64,000 bases of DNA, taken from the NCBI GenBank assembly GCA_963847845.1, contig CAWKBI010000003.1, positions 468,483 through 532,482 of the forward strand. Direction: 5' to 3'. Source of the DNA: an uncultured Actinomycetes bacterium (GTDB lineage: Bacteria; Actinomycetota; Thermoleophilia; Gaiellales; Gaiellaceae). Below the pieces are notes generated by a model that saw only the letters and a list, made by a program, of their open reading frames with translations, made no database searches and was not told the origin of the DNA. The position numbers and the translations under genes were made by a program. Below are positions 52,884 through 62,329 of this stretch, in pieces (within the stretch, counting starts at the first letter, position 1; each line of letters starts with the position of its first letter).

Positions 52884-54160
52884 GAACAGACTGATCTCGC
52901 CGCGTGCAAGAGCCAGCGGACACCGAGCTCGAGATCGGCGACCGGCACCCGCTCGTCGGCGGAGTGGATCAGGCGCGACGCGGTCTCCGTGTCCATCGCC
53001 CGTGAGGGGAAGAACCCATAGGCGACGGTGCCGAACGCCTCGCGGACCCAGTGCGAGTCAGTGAACCCCGCGACACACATCGGCGCCGCGGCGGCGCCGG
53101 GCTCCTCCTCGGCCACGAATTCCTGCACGGCGTCCCAAAGCGGCCCACCGATCGGCGAGCGCGTGCCGCCCTGTCGCTCGATGTTGACGAGGTCGTAGTC
53201 GCCCGCACCGAGCCACGTCCGAATCGTCACCTCTGCGTCCTCGACCGACTGACCCGGCAGCAGGCGCGTGTCGATCGTGATCTCGCAGAGCGCCGGGATC
53301 ACGTTTCGCTTCTCCGAGGCGTGCGCCTTCGTCGGCGCGACCGTCATCGAAAGCAGCGGCTCGATCAACTCGCCGGCGAGCGGCGAGACCGCCCGTGCGG
53401 CGGAAAGCGCATCGGCGGCAGGTGGAACCTCACCGAGTATCGCTTGCAGAAAGCCCTCGACCTCGGGAATCAGCGTCGGCTCGGCCCGGAAGGCCCCCAA
53501 CCGCTCGATCAGCGGCGCGGCCTTGACGAGCGCATTGTCGGCGATCGCCGGCATCGAGCCGTGACCGCTGCGGCCATGCACACGGAGCACGAACGGCGAG
53601 GTCATCTTCTCGGCGGTCGAGCACAGGTAGAACGTCCGGCCGCCGAACTCGACGCGATCGCCCGAGCCTTCGTTGACCGAGAAGTCGGCGCGAACCGCGT
53701 CCGGGTGCGCCTCGACCAGCCACTTGAGCCCGAACCCGTCGCCGACTTCCTCGTCGGCGGCGGCGACGAAGATCAGGTCGCCCGAACCGCGCCAGCCTTC
53801 GCGGGCGAGTGTCGCCATCGTGACTGCGCTCGCGGCAACCTCGCCCTTCATGTCGAGTGCGCCTCGTCCCCAGACCTCGTCCCCGACGAGCTCGCCGCCG
53901 AACGGCTCTCGCTGCCATTCATTCGCTGCGGCAAGCACGACATCGGTGTGCGAGAGGAACGCAAGTGACGGGCCGTCGCCTCGTCCGCGAATGCGCGCAA
54001 CGAGGTTCGCCCGCTCAGGCGTCTTCGCGTACAGCTCGCACTCGACTCCGGCCGCTTCGAGGTACTCGCGCAGCAACTCTGCCGCCGCGGTCTCGTTCCC
54101 CGGCGGGTTCGTCGTGTCAACGCGGATCAGCCGCTGCAGGAGCTCCGTGACCTCGCTCAA
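52880..54160 (-). CDS. M20 family metallopeptidase (ArgE/DapE/ACY1/CPG2 type)
   Basis: LIRVDTTNPPGNE, AFLSHTDVV, WGRGALDMKG, AADEEVG, HGRSGHGS, GFTDSHW. Start TTG 54160 (TTGA overlap with the upstream stop). Confidence 0.85.
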   Translation of the reverse strand: MSEVTELLQRLIRVDTTNPPGNETAAAELLREYLEAAGVECELYAKTPERANLVARIRGRGDGPSLAFLSHTDVVLAAANEWQREPFGGELVGDEVWGRGALDMKGEVAASAVTMATLAREGWRGSGDLIFVAAADEEVGDGFGLKWLVEAHPDAVRADFSVNEGSGDRVEFGGRTFYLCSTAEKMTSPFVLRVHGRSGHGSMPAIADNALVKAAPLIERLGAFRAEPTLIPEVEGFLQAILGEVPPAADALSAARAVSPLAGELIEPLLSMTVAPTKAHASEKRNVIPALCEITIDTRLLPGQSVEDAEVTIRTWLGAGDYDLVNIERQGGTRSPIGGPLWDAVQEFVAEEEPGAAAAPMCVAGFTDSHWVREAFGTVAYGFFPSRAMDTETASRLIHSADERVPVADLELGVRWLLHAARSVCS

Positions 54161-54948
54161 CGCCGCTTCCCCTCGACGAGGAGATACGAGCGGTGCTGCA
54201 CAACGCGGCCGTCTTCGATCAAGCCGTCGTAGTGCGTGATCCAATTCGCGTGCAGCTCCTCGCGGCGTGTGTCGTCGAGGGAGTCCACGAGCGTCTTCGT
54301 CGGGCCGAAGGCGGTCGACATGAGCTGCCAGTAGTCCTCCGGCACCGGGAACTCGTAGACGCTGTCCTCGCTCGAGAACTCGAGCTCGAAGTGCTCGCCG
54401 AGGAGCTCCGTGACCCGAGCTTCGTTGCCCCAATCGAACGGGCTCGAGGGTGGCGGCGCCGGCTGGAACGGCGCCATCAGCCTGAACAGGTCGCCGACCC
54501 CACCTTCGGCTCGCCAACTCGCGAGACTCAGCCTCCCTCCGGGTTTGAGGACGCGCGCGAGCTGCGCTGCGGTCGCTTCGTGGTCGGGGGCGAACATGAT
54601 CCCGACGGCCGAAGTCGCACCGTCGAACGATGCGTCGTCGATCCCGTCGAGCCGCTCGCAGTCACCGACCTGGTAGTCGATCTCGAGGCCGTGCTCGGCC
54701 GCTCGAGCTCGTGCCGATTCGAGCAGCGCGGGCGCAAGGTCGACCCCGACGACCGTGGCGCCGGTTGCCGCCAGCAGCTCGGCAACACGCCCGGTGCCCG
54801 TGGCGAGATCGAGCCAGCACTCTCCCGGCTTCGGCTGCACGCGCTCGACCATCAACTCGTGCATGTCGGTAAGGGTTTCCGAAACCGGATCGTACGACCC
54901 GCTGCCCCACATGACGCTCTGCCGTCTCTTCAGATCTTCGAACGCCAT
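54157..54948 (-). CDS. class I SAM-dependent methyltransferase
   Basis: WLDLATGTGRVAELLAATGATVVGVDLAP...FDGATSAVGIMF...LKPGGRL. ATG 54948 is preceded by GGAGGAGGAAG. Confidence 0.85.
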   Translation of the reverse strand: MAFEDLKRRQSVMWGSGSYDPVSETLTDMHELMVERVQPKPGECWLDLATGTGRVAELLAATGATVVGVDLAPALLESARARAAEHGLEIDYQVGDCERLDGIDDASFDGATSAVGIMFAPDHEATAAQLARVLKPGGRLSLASWRAEGGVGDLFRLMAPFQPAPPPSSPFDWGNEARVTELLGEHFELEFSSEDSVYEFPVPEDYWQLMSTAFGPTKTLVDSLDDTRREELHANWITHYDGLIEDGRVVQHRSYLLVEGKRR

Positions 54949-55706
54949 CACTTCCTCCTCCCGCGGACGAGCAGATATCGCCGCGGCGCCCTGATTTCTC
55001 CCTGGTCGGTTCGGTACCCCTCGTAGAACTCGACAAAGGCCTCGTGGAACGCCTCGCGTTTCGGAGCATCGAACGTCTGCAACAGCGCCAGTACCGGCGG
55101 CGCCGACTCGGAGAAGAGCGTCCAGATCTCCTCGCCCGAAGCCGCTTCGAGCCAGAGGGTGCCGTCCTCGAACTCGATCTCGAAGTCGTCGCTCAACATG
55201 TCCTCGACGTGATCCTCGCGGCCCCACTCGTAGGCCTCCCGGCCTGCGATGGGCTCCTCGGTGAAGCGTCGGTACAGCTCACCGAGCTTCGAGTTCGGCT
55301 TCCAGGCGCTGAAGCCGATGCGGGCGTCCGGCCGCGTGACCCGTGCCAGCTCGGCAGCGACATTGGCGTGGTCGAGAGCGAAGATCAGGCCGAAATTCGA
55401 GAGCACTACATCGAAGGCCGCGTCGTCGTAAGGCAGGTACTCGACGTCGCCGAGATCGAACTGCACGGTCACGCCCTCCTCCTCGGCCCGACGGCGCGCC
55501 TTCTCGAGCATCGGCTCGGCGATGTCGATCGCCGTCACGGACGCGCCCGTGCGAGCGGCGCGGATCGCCACCTCGCCGGTGCCGGTCGCGATGTCGAGCA
55601 CGCGTTCGTCTGGACGGGGCGCGAGCAGGTTCGTGAGATGATCCTGAACAGGCGCAAAACGGGCGGCGATCCGCTCGTAGCTGCCGACACTCCAGACCTC
55701 ACTCAT
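54948..55706 (-). CDS. class I SAM-dependent methyltransferase (tandem paralog)
   Basis: VLDIATGTGEVAIRAARTGASVTAIDIAEPML...FDVVLSNFGLIF. Same architecture and C-terminal RRYLLVRGRRK / RSYLLVEGKRR ending as its neighbour. Confidence 0.85.
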   Translation of the reverse strand: MSEVWSVGSYERIAARFAPVQDHLTNLLAPRPDERVLDIATGTGEVAIRAARTGASVTAIDIAEPMLEKARRRAEEEGVTVQFDLGDVEYLPYDDAAFDVVLSNFGLIFALDHANVAAELARVTRPDARIGFSAWKPNSKLGELYRRFTEEPIAGREAYEWGREDHVEDMLSDDFEIEFEDGTLWLEAASGEEIWTLFSESAPPVLALLQTFDAPKREAFHEAFVEFYEGYRTDQGEIRAPRRYLLVRGRRK

Positions 55707-55741
55707 CGCTCCGCGGCCACCTCCGAGAGCATACTTCCGGC

Positions 55742-57020
55742 GTGAGCGACCTCTTCAGCGAAGCTGCGGGCAGGCGGCTCCAGTCGTCGGCACCCCTGGC
55801 CCAGCGCCTGCGACCGACAACGCTCGACGACTTCGTCGGTCAGGAGCACGTCGTCGGCCCCGGGCGCGCGTTGCGGCTCGCGATCGAGCAGGACCGCGTC
55901 CCATCGCTGATCCTTTTCGGACCACCGGGATCAGGCAAGACGACGCTGGCTCGGATCGTCGCCCACACCACCGGCGCCGAGTTCGAGGAGCTCTCCGCGG
56001 TCTCGGCGACGGTCGCGAACGTGCGCCAGGTGCTTGCGCAGGCCCGCGAGCGGCTCGGCTCGAGTGGGCGCAGGACAATCCTGTTCCTCGACGAGATCCA
56101 CCGGTTCAACAAGGCGCAGCAGGATGCGCTACTGCCCGGCGTCGAGGACGGCCTGCTCACGCTGATCGGAGCGACCACCGAGAACCCGTACTTCGAGGTC
56201 AACTCCGCATTGCTTTCCCGAGCGCAGATCTACGAGCTCGAGGCTCACTCGCCCGAGACGCTGCGTGCGGTCGTGCGCCGCGGCGCTGCCGAACTCGACG
56301 CAGAGGTGTCACCGGAGGTCGAAGAGCTGATCGCGGAGCGCGCGGGCGGAGATGCCCGAAACGCGCTCGAACATCCTCGAGCTGACCGTCGAGACGGCGC
56401 GAGCCGCCGGCCAGCCCGTCTCGAAGGCGCACGTCGAGGACGCGGCCCGCAAGCGGCCACTCTCGTACGACAAGGGCGGAGACCGGCACTACGACTTCAT
56501 CTCGGCGTGGATCAAGTCGACGCGCGCGAGCGACGTGCAGGCGTCGCTCTACTACCTCGCTGCGATGCTCGAGGGCGGCGAGGATGCCCGCTTCATCGTG
56601 CGCCGCATGATCGTGCTCGCCTCCGAGGACATCGGCAACGCCGACCCGCAGGCGCTGCTCGTGGCGGTCGCCGCCGCGCAGGCGGTCGAGCACGTCGGCC
56701 TTCCCGAGGCCCGTCACAACCTGGCGCAAGCGACGGTCTACCTCGCGCGCGCCCCGAAGTCGAACGCGTCGTACATCGGGCTCGGTCGTGCGATCAAGGA
56801 CGTCCGCGACCGCGGAAACCTAACGCCGCCGGCCGCGCTTCGCTCGGCCGCCTATCCCGGTGCGAAGGCGCTCGGCCGCGGCCTCGGGTACGTCTATCCG
56901 CACGACGACGCGACCGGCTTCGACGTCGACTGCCTGCCGGAGGAGCTGCAGGGAACCGTGTACTACGAGCCTTCGGGCAACGGCGACGAGCAGCCGCTCG
57001 ACCGGCGCCCGCAGCGCTAG
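55742..57020 (+). pseudogene. rarA: replication-associated recombination protein A (RarA/MgsA AAA+ ATPase) with a +1 frameshift near 56369
   Basis: Frame 1: LRPTTLDDFVGQEH...LILFGPPGSGKTTLA...LFLDEIHRFNKAQQDALLP...GATTENPYFEVNSALLSRA...AGGDARNAL. It continues in ORF 56352-57020: NILELTVE...YDKGGDRHYDFISAWIKSTRASD...ALYYLAAMLEGGEDARFIVRRM...EDIGNADP. The junction ...CTC G AAC ATC... carries one extra nt. Confidence 0.85.
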
Positions 57021-57947
57021 AGAATGCGGGCGCCGAGAGCGCTCGCGACCAGCTCGACCGCCAGCTTGCCGGTCTCGTTCTCACGGTCGAGGATCGGGTT
57101 CACCTCGACGACGTCGAGCGAGTCGAGCAGTCCGGACTCGGCCACGAGCTCGAGTGCCAGGTGCGCCTCGCGATAGGACAAGCCGCCGCGAACCGGGGTG
57201 CCGACGCCGGGAGCGAACATCGGATCAACCGCGTCCAAGTCGAGGCTCACGTGCAGGAACGGCTCGCCGGCGAGGTAGGCGAGCGCCTCGCGAAGGACGC
57301 GCTCGACCCCGAGTTCTGTCGATCTCGCTCATCGTGAAGACGCGGACGTCGAGCTCGCGGATCAGGTCGCGTTCGCCCTGGTCCAGCGAACGCACACCGA
57401 CCAACGCCGCCCGGGTGACCGACGGAACCGGGTAAACGCGGGTCTCGAACGCGGCGCCGGCTGCGCCGAGGGCGGCGGCAAGAGGCATGCCGTGGACGTT
57501 GCCGCTCGGCGAGGTTGCGGGGCGGTTCAGGTCGCCGTGCGCGTCGATCCAGAGCGCGGCTCCAGGCCCGCGCGCCTTGGCCATGCCGCCGAGCGTGCCC
57601 ATTGCGATCGAGTGGTCGCCGCCGAGGACGAGCGGGATGTGCCCGCGGGTCGTCGCGTCGCTCACCTTGGCCGCGATCTGCTCGCAGACGCGCATAATCG
57701 GCCCCGCGTACCGTGCGTCTGCAGCCCCTTCCTCTGTCGTCTCGGGAACCGGCGAACCGACGTCACCCCAGTCGTCCACGACGAGTCCGAGCGAGCGAAG
57801 GTGAGCGTTCAGCTCCGCGTAGCGAATGGCGGACGGGCCCATGTCGACGCCGCGCCTGCCCTGTCCGAGATCGAGCCCTGCCCCGATCACCGCGACGGGC
57901 TTGCGACGCGCCGGCGCGCCGGTCTCGTGGGTGCTCACGGCGGCCAA
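57017..57947 (-). pseudogene. rocF: arginase (ureohydrolase family) with a frameshift near 57317
   Basis: ORF 57225-57947: GVDMGPSAIRY...LVLGGDHSIAMGT...LWIDAHGDLNRPATSPSGNVHGMPLAA...VFTMSEIDR. It continues in another frame as [32 protein letters not shown]...[16 protein letters not shown] (ORF 57017-57250 extended). The junction GAC A GAA fits a 1-nt insertion. Confidence 0.8.
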
Positions 57948-57978
57948 GGCTACACTTGCCGCGCTCGCGTGCGAGCGG

Positions 57979-58051
57979 GGCGAGGTAGCTCAGTTGGTAG
58001 AGCACACGGCTGAAAACCGTGGTGTCGCCGGTTCAAGTCCGGCCCTCGCCA
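57979..58051 (+). tRNA. tRNA-Phe (anticodon GAA)
   Basis: Hand-folded cloverleaf. Acceptor GGCGAGG/CCTCGCC, D arm GCTC-AGTTGGTA-GAGC, anticodon arm CACGG-CTGAAAA-CCGTG, variable GTGTC, T arm GCCGG-TTCAAGT-CCGGC, discriminator A. No encoded CCA. Confidence 0.92.
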
Positions 58052-58117
58052 TCACACAACAAAGAGAGACGTCCGGACCGGTGCTACCGCGTCGCGAACG
58101 TCTCTGTAGCCAAAATT

Positions 58118-58732
58118 CTACGACCGCTCGTTCTTGCGGGCAAGGAGCCCCAGGCCCGCCCCGGCGGAGAAAACCGCGACGTGCGAGAAATTGCGTCGCT
58201 CGAGCTGCGCCGTGACACGTTCGAGCGGCACCCAGATCGGGGTCGAGGCGCCGCGGCTGTACGAAACCGCCACCCGCCCGCCGGGGGCTGTGACGCGGGC
58301 CAGCTCGTCGAAGAAGGGGATCATGTTGTTCATCGTCACGAGCTCGAACTCGCCGTCGGCGTAGGGAAGCCTCGCCGCGTCGGCCACCTCGTAGCGCTGC
58401 GTGTCAGTTGTCGCCAGCCTGCGGGCCTCATTGACCATCTCGTGCGAGACGTCCGCGCCGACGACCTCGGCCTCGGGCCATCGCGCCGCGATCAGTCGTG
58501 CGACGGCGCCGCTGCCCGTGCCGAGGTCGAGCGCTTTCGCCGGCGGCCGCTCGACTCCATCGAGCGCCGCCCGCATCGCGCTGAGCGAGACCTCGTGCAC
58601 CCGGGTCGCGTCCCACTCGGGTGCGAGCCGGTCGAAGTTCGCGGTCAGCGGTCGACGGAAGACGTTCCAGAGCACGGGTACGCGCACGACGATCGAAGTG
58701 ACGATGCGCGCGAACCACTGGCCGGCTGTCAC
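58118..58732 (-). CDS. class I SAM-dependent methyltransferase
   Basis: ALDLGTGSGAVARLIAARWPEAEVVGADVSHEMV...FELVTMNNMIPF...APGGRV. GTGA overlap with the upstream gene. Confidence 0.8.
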   Translation of the reverse strand: MTAGQWFARIVTSIVVRVPVLWNVFRRPLTANFDRLAPEWDATRVHEVSLSAMRAALDGVERPPAKALDLGTGSGAVARLIAARWPEAEVVGADVSHEMVNEARRLATTDTQRYEVADAARLPYADGEFELVTMNNMIPFFDELARVTAPGGRVAVSYSRGASTPIWVPLERVTAQLERRNFSHVAVFSAGAGLGLLARKNERS

Positions 58733-59529
58733 GGACGGGCGATCCGGATCTCGTCACCCGCCGACACACCCGTCAGCCGGGCAGCGTCACCGCGGCTGAT
58801 CGCGAGCGTCGCGAACCCGTACGAGTCCTCGTAGAGGATCAGCTCCCCGGGTGGTGCGTCGGCGAAGGTGCGCGCGACGACGGCGTAATAGCGATCGAGA
58901 CTGAGCCGGATCTCGACGCGATCACCGTCCTCGACGCCTAGTGCGTCGACGTGTGAACGGCGTGCATTCGTGGCGACATTCCCGAACCGGTCGACCACCA
59001 GTACGGTCGTCGAGATCTGGGTGCGGCCGACCTCGGGCTCGGGCACCGCGAGGCGGATGAGCGACGTTGGCTCGAGAGCCGGGCCGAGCTCGTCGATCGC
59101 AACACCCGCCGCCAGGTGGGCCGCGGCCGGTGCGAACAGGTCGCGGGCGTGAAACGTTCGCGATAGATCCGGCAGCCGATACTGCTTGCTCGCCAGCTCG
59201 TGGACCGCGTCGACGCCGAGCGCGTCTGCTGCGAGCATCAGAAGGCCGTTGTCGGGCCCGACGAACACGCGGCCGTCCTTCGTCCTAACAGCCACCGCGC
59301 GGCGGTTACCGCCGACATCGGGATCGACCACCGCGAGATGCACGCCGACCGGCATGAACGGGGTCGTGTTCAGCAACACGAGCGCGCCGGTGAGCACCGC
59401 CTGCGGCGCGATCCCATGGGTGACGTCGATCACACGGGCGCCGGGCGCGATCCGGGCCATCACCCCGTGACAGGTGCCGACGAAATCGTCCTCGAGGCCG
59501 AAGTCGGTGAGGAAGGTGATCGTGCTCAC
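58729..59529 (-). CDS. SAM hydrolase / S-adenosyl-L-methionine hydroxide adenosyltransferase family (DUF62)
   Basis: ITFLTDFGLEDDFVGTCHGVM...HLAVVDPDVGG.RR...VGPDNGLL...FHARDLFAPAAAHLA...DRFGNV...YEDSYG. Confidence 0.85.
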   Translation of the reverse strand: MSTITFLTDFGLEDDFVGTCHGVMARIAPGARVIDVTHGIAPQAVLTGALVLLNTTPFMPVGVHLAVVDPDVGGNRRAVAVRTKDGRVFVGPDNGLLMLAADALGVDAVHELASKQYRLPDLSRTFHARDLFAPAAAHLAAGVAIDELGPALEPTSLIRLAVPEPEVGRTQISTTVLVVDRFGNVATNARRSHVDALGVEDGDRVEIRLSLDRYYAVVARTFADAPPGELILYEDSYGFATLAISRGDAARLTGVSAGDEIRIARP

Positions 59530-60167
59530 CGGTCGGAGTCCATCAGATCCGCGACGGCCGCGACGAGCCCAGGGACGTCGTGGGACACGGCTTCAGCGAC
59601 CACGGTCAGCCCGGCGTCCCGCGCGACACGGGAGGTCTCCGAACCGATCGACACGACCGGAACGCGGCCGCCGATCGCCGCGTAGGCGCTCGCGGCGGAG
59701 CCGGAGGCGAGCAGCACGTAGTCGCCCTCCGGCGGTTCAGGGCGAAGCAGTCGGGTCCGGTAGAGCGCGACGAAATCGGCGCCGAGCGCGTCGATCGCGA
59801 GCCTCCGAGCGCCCTCGGCGGCTGCGAAGAGCACGCGCCCAACCGGTTGCGGGAACTCCCGCAGCAGACCTTCCTGCGACGACTCGCTCGGCACGAACGC
59901 CGGCTCGATCCCGCGGGCCCGAAGCGCGTCTGCCGTAGCAGGCCCGACCGCCGCGACGCGCAGCACACCGGTGCCGCGGCGTGCGAGCTCGTCGGCTCCG
60001 TTCTGGCTCGTGACGACGACCCAGTCGTACCCGGTCGCATCGATTGGCGCATCCGACGTCCGTTCGATCGCGATCAGCGGACATTCCACGACCTCGGCGC
60101 CGAGCGCCCGGATTCCCGCGACCAGCGATTGGGCCTGGTCGCGCGGACGGGTGACGACCACCCTCAT
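59526..60167 (-). CDS. hemD: uroporphyrinogen-III synthase
   Basis: MRVVVTRPRDQAQSLVAGIRALGAEVVECPLI...WVVVTSQNG...SIGSETS. ATGA overlap with hemC. The long N-terminal extension in the track ORF was discarded. Confidence 0.8.
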   Translation of the reverse strand: MRVVVTRPRDQAQSLVAGIRALGAEVVECPLIAIERTSDAPIDATGYDWVVVTSQNGADELARRGTGVLRVAAVGPATADALRARGIEPAFVPSESSQEGLLREFPQPVGRVLFAAAEGARRLAIDALGADFVALYRTRLLRPEPPEGDYVLLASGSAASAYAAIGGRVPVVSIGSETSRVARDAGLTVVAEAVSHDVPGLVAAVADLMDSDR

Positions 60168-61063
60168 GCAGCGGCGAGCCGAGCCGAACGGGCGGCCAGC
60201 AGCTGCGTTGCGACCAGCGCCGGATCGTCGCCGGCGGCATGCTCGAGCCAGGCGCCGTCCTCGTCGGCGATCAGTGCGCGCAACGTTGTGCCGTCGTGGT
60301 GAGCGCCGACCGGCGCGAGACACCCGCCGCCGATCGTCGCGACGCAGCGCCGCTCGAGCTCGACCCGACGGCGGGTCTCTGCGTGGTCGACCAGGGCGGC
60401 CAGCTCCTCTTCGCCTGCGCGCATCTGGAGCGCGAGCGCACCCTGCGCCGCCTCCGGCAGCATCTGGTCGGGGTCGAGACGGAGCCCGATCTCCGTAGCC
60501 AGCCCGAGCCGGTCGAGCCCGCACGCGGCGAGGACGATTGCGTCGAGCCCACGCTCGCGCTGCTTGCGCAGGCGCGTCTCGACGTTGCCCCGCAGAGACT
60601 CGATCTTGAGCGACGGCTCGAGCGCGAGCAGCTGCGCGCGCCGGCGCGCCGAGGCCGTCCCGATTCGCATCCCCGGCACGATCTCATCTGCACCGACGAG
60701 CGCGTCTCGAGGGTCGTCCCGCTCGAGATACGCAGCCACCGTCAAGCCGTCGGTGTCAGTGGAGGTCATGTCCTTCGCCGAGTGAACCGCAATGTCGATG
60801 CGGCCGGCCAGCAGCGCCTCCTCGAGCTCCTTGACGAAGACGCCTCGCTCGCCGATCTCGCCGAACGGCTTCGTGCGGTCCCGGTCACCGGCGGTCGTGA
60901 TCGGGACGAACGCGAGCTCGAGGCCCGGGCGTCGAAGCGCCGCGCCGGCCTGCTCGGCCTGCGTCAACGCGAGCCTAGAGCCGCGTGACCCGATGCGAAC
61001 GAGCACAGGGCACTCCCCCTCCGCGCCTCGGCCGGCCGCAGGGAACGCTGCCCGGCCTGACAC
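60164..61063 (-). CDS. hemC: hydroxymethylbilane synthase (porphobilinogen deaminase)
   Basis: RIGSRGSRLALTQA, TTAGD, FVKELEEALLAGRIDIAVHSAKD, GTASARR, RGNVETRL, GGCLAPVGA. Probable true start GTG 61006. Confidence 0.92.
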   Translation of the reverse strand: MSGRAAFPAAGRGAEGECPVLVRIGSRGSRLALTQAEQAGAALRRPGLELAFVPITTAGDRDRTKPFGEIGERGVFVKELEEALLAGRIDIAVHSAKDMTSTDTDGLTVAAYLERDDPRDALVGADEIVPGMRIGTASARRRAQLLALEPSLKIESLRGNVETRLRKQRERGLDAIVLAACGLDRLGLATEIGLRLDPDQMLPEAAQGALALQMRAGEEELAALVDHAETRRRVELERRCVATIGGGCLAPVGAHHDGTTLRALIADEDGAWLEHAAGDDPALVATQLLAARSARLAAA

Positions 61064-61126
61064 GCAGGAACGCCGACGGCGCGACGACGGGAAGCGGACG
61101 CTCGATCCTGCGATCCGGGTCGGGGC

Positions 61127-62329
61127 TCACTTTCGCTCTTCCTCGAGCCCGAAGAGATGACGGACGGCGTCGGCATACGCGGCGCCGTCGGCACTGACGG
61201 CTGCCTCCTTCATCCGGACCGTCGGCAGGTGAAGGAGCTTGTTCAGGATCTGCGTCGTCACCGACTCCAATGTTCGGCGCTCGTCGTCACTGACGCGCCC
61301 GTTGACCTTGGCCAGCTCCGCCGAGCGGATCTCCTCGGCGCGAGCCCGAAGCGACGCGATCGCCGGAACGACGTCGAGCGAAGCCCGCCACGAGCGAAAC
61401 TTCTCACCCTCCTCCTCCACGAGCTGCTCCGCGCGCTCGGCCTCGGCGCGCCGTCCGGCGAGCGTCTCGGAGACGACGGCCTCGAGGTCGTCGATGTCGT
61501 AGAGGAAGCAGCCTTCGAGCTTCGCGATCTCACCGTCGAGGTCGCGCGGAACGGCGATGTCGATGAAGAACAACGGCCGCCGACGGCGGTCCGGAACGTC
61601 GGCCGCGCGCAGCACGAGGTCGGGCGCACTCGTCGACGAGACGACGACATCGACGTCGGCGAGGTGCGATGCGACCTCGTCGAGCGACACCGCCTTCGCC
61701 CCGAAGCGCTGAGCGAGAGCAGCTCCATGGTCGGCGCTTCGGTTCGCGACGAAGGCGATCTCGGCGCCGCGGGAGGACAGGTTGGCCGCCGCGAGCTCTC
61801 CGATGCGGCCCGCGCCGATCAAGAGGACGCGTCGTTCCTTCAGGTCGCCGAAGACCTGGGCCGCGAGCGCCGCGGCCGCCGACGAGACGGAGGCGGGGCT
61901 CTCGCCGATCGCTGTTTCCGTGCGGACGCGCTTGCCGACCGCGAGTGCCTGCCGGAAGACGCGATCGAGGAGCGGCCCGGGCGCCACCGACTCGAAGGCA
62001 TCGCGAACCTGGCCGAGAATCTCGCCCTCGCCCGGGACGAGCGAGTCGAGCCCGGCGGCGACCCTGAACAGGTGCTGCGCGGCCGCGTCCTCGTCGAGGA
62101 CGTAGAGAACCCCGTCGAGCGGCTCGCCTGCAAGCCGCTCCAACGCCTCGGCCGCCTGCTCAGCGGACGCAGACGTCATGTACAGCTCTGTGCGGTTGCA
62201 GGTCGAGAGGCAAACCGCCTCGCCGAGTGAACGCGCGAGTTCGGCGGCACGCTCGAGGTCGAGCGTCACCCGCTCTCGCAGCTCCACCGGCGCGACGTGA
62301 TGGGAAAGTCCGACGAGCGTGAGGGTCAT
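61127..62329 (-). CDS. hemA: glutamyl-tRNA reductase
   Basis: LVGLSHHVAPVELRE, LSTCNRTELY, GLDSLVPGEGEILGQV, VLLIGAGRIGELAA, LLHLPTVRMKE. ATG 62329 (ATGA overlap with the upstream stop). Confidence 0.92.
   Translation of the reverse strand: MTLTLVGLSHHVAPVELRERVTLDLERAAELARSLGEAVCLSTCNRTELYMTSASAEQAAEALERLAGEPLDGVLYVLDEDAAAQHLFRVAAGLDSLVPGEGEILGQVRDAFESVAPGPLLDRVFRQALAVGKRVRTETAIGESPASVSSAAAALAAQVFGDLKERRVLLIGAGRIGELAAANLSSRGAEIAFVANRSADHGAALAQRFGAKAVSLDEVASHLADVDVVVSSTSAPDLVLRAADVPDRRRRPLFFIDIAVPRDLDGEIAKLEGCFLYDIDDLEAVVSETLAGRRAEAERAEQLVEEEGEKFRSWRASLDVVPAIASLRARAEEIRSAELAKVNGRVSDDERRTLESVTTQILNKLLHLPTVRMKEAAVSADGAAYADAVRHLFGLEEERK

Noticed and set aside
57979-58732. Possible genomic island integrated at tRNA-Phe
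   Set aside because: No integrase, no direct repeat of the tRNA 3' end and no compositional break was seen downstream. The next genes continue a housekeeping-type operon ending in hemD, DUF62 and a methyltransferase.
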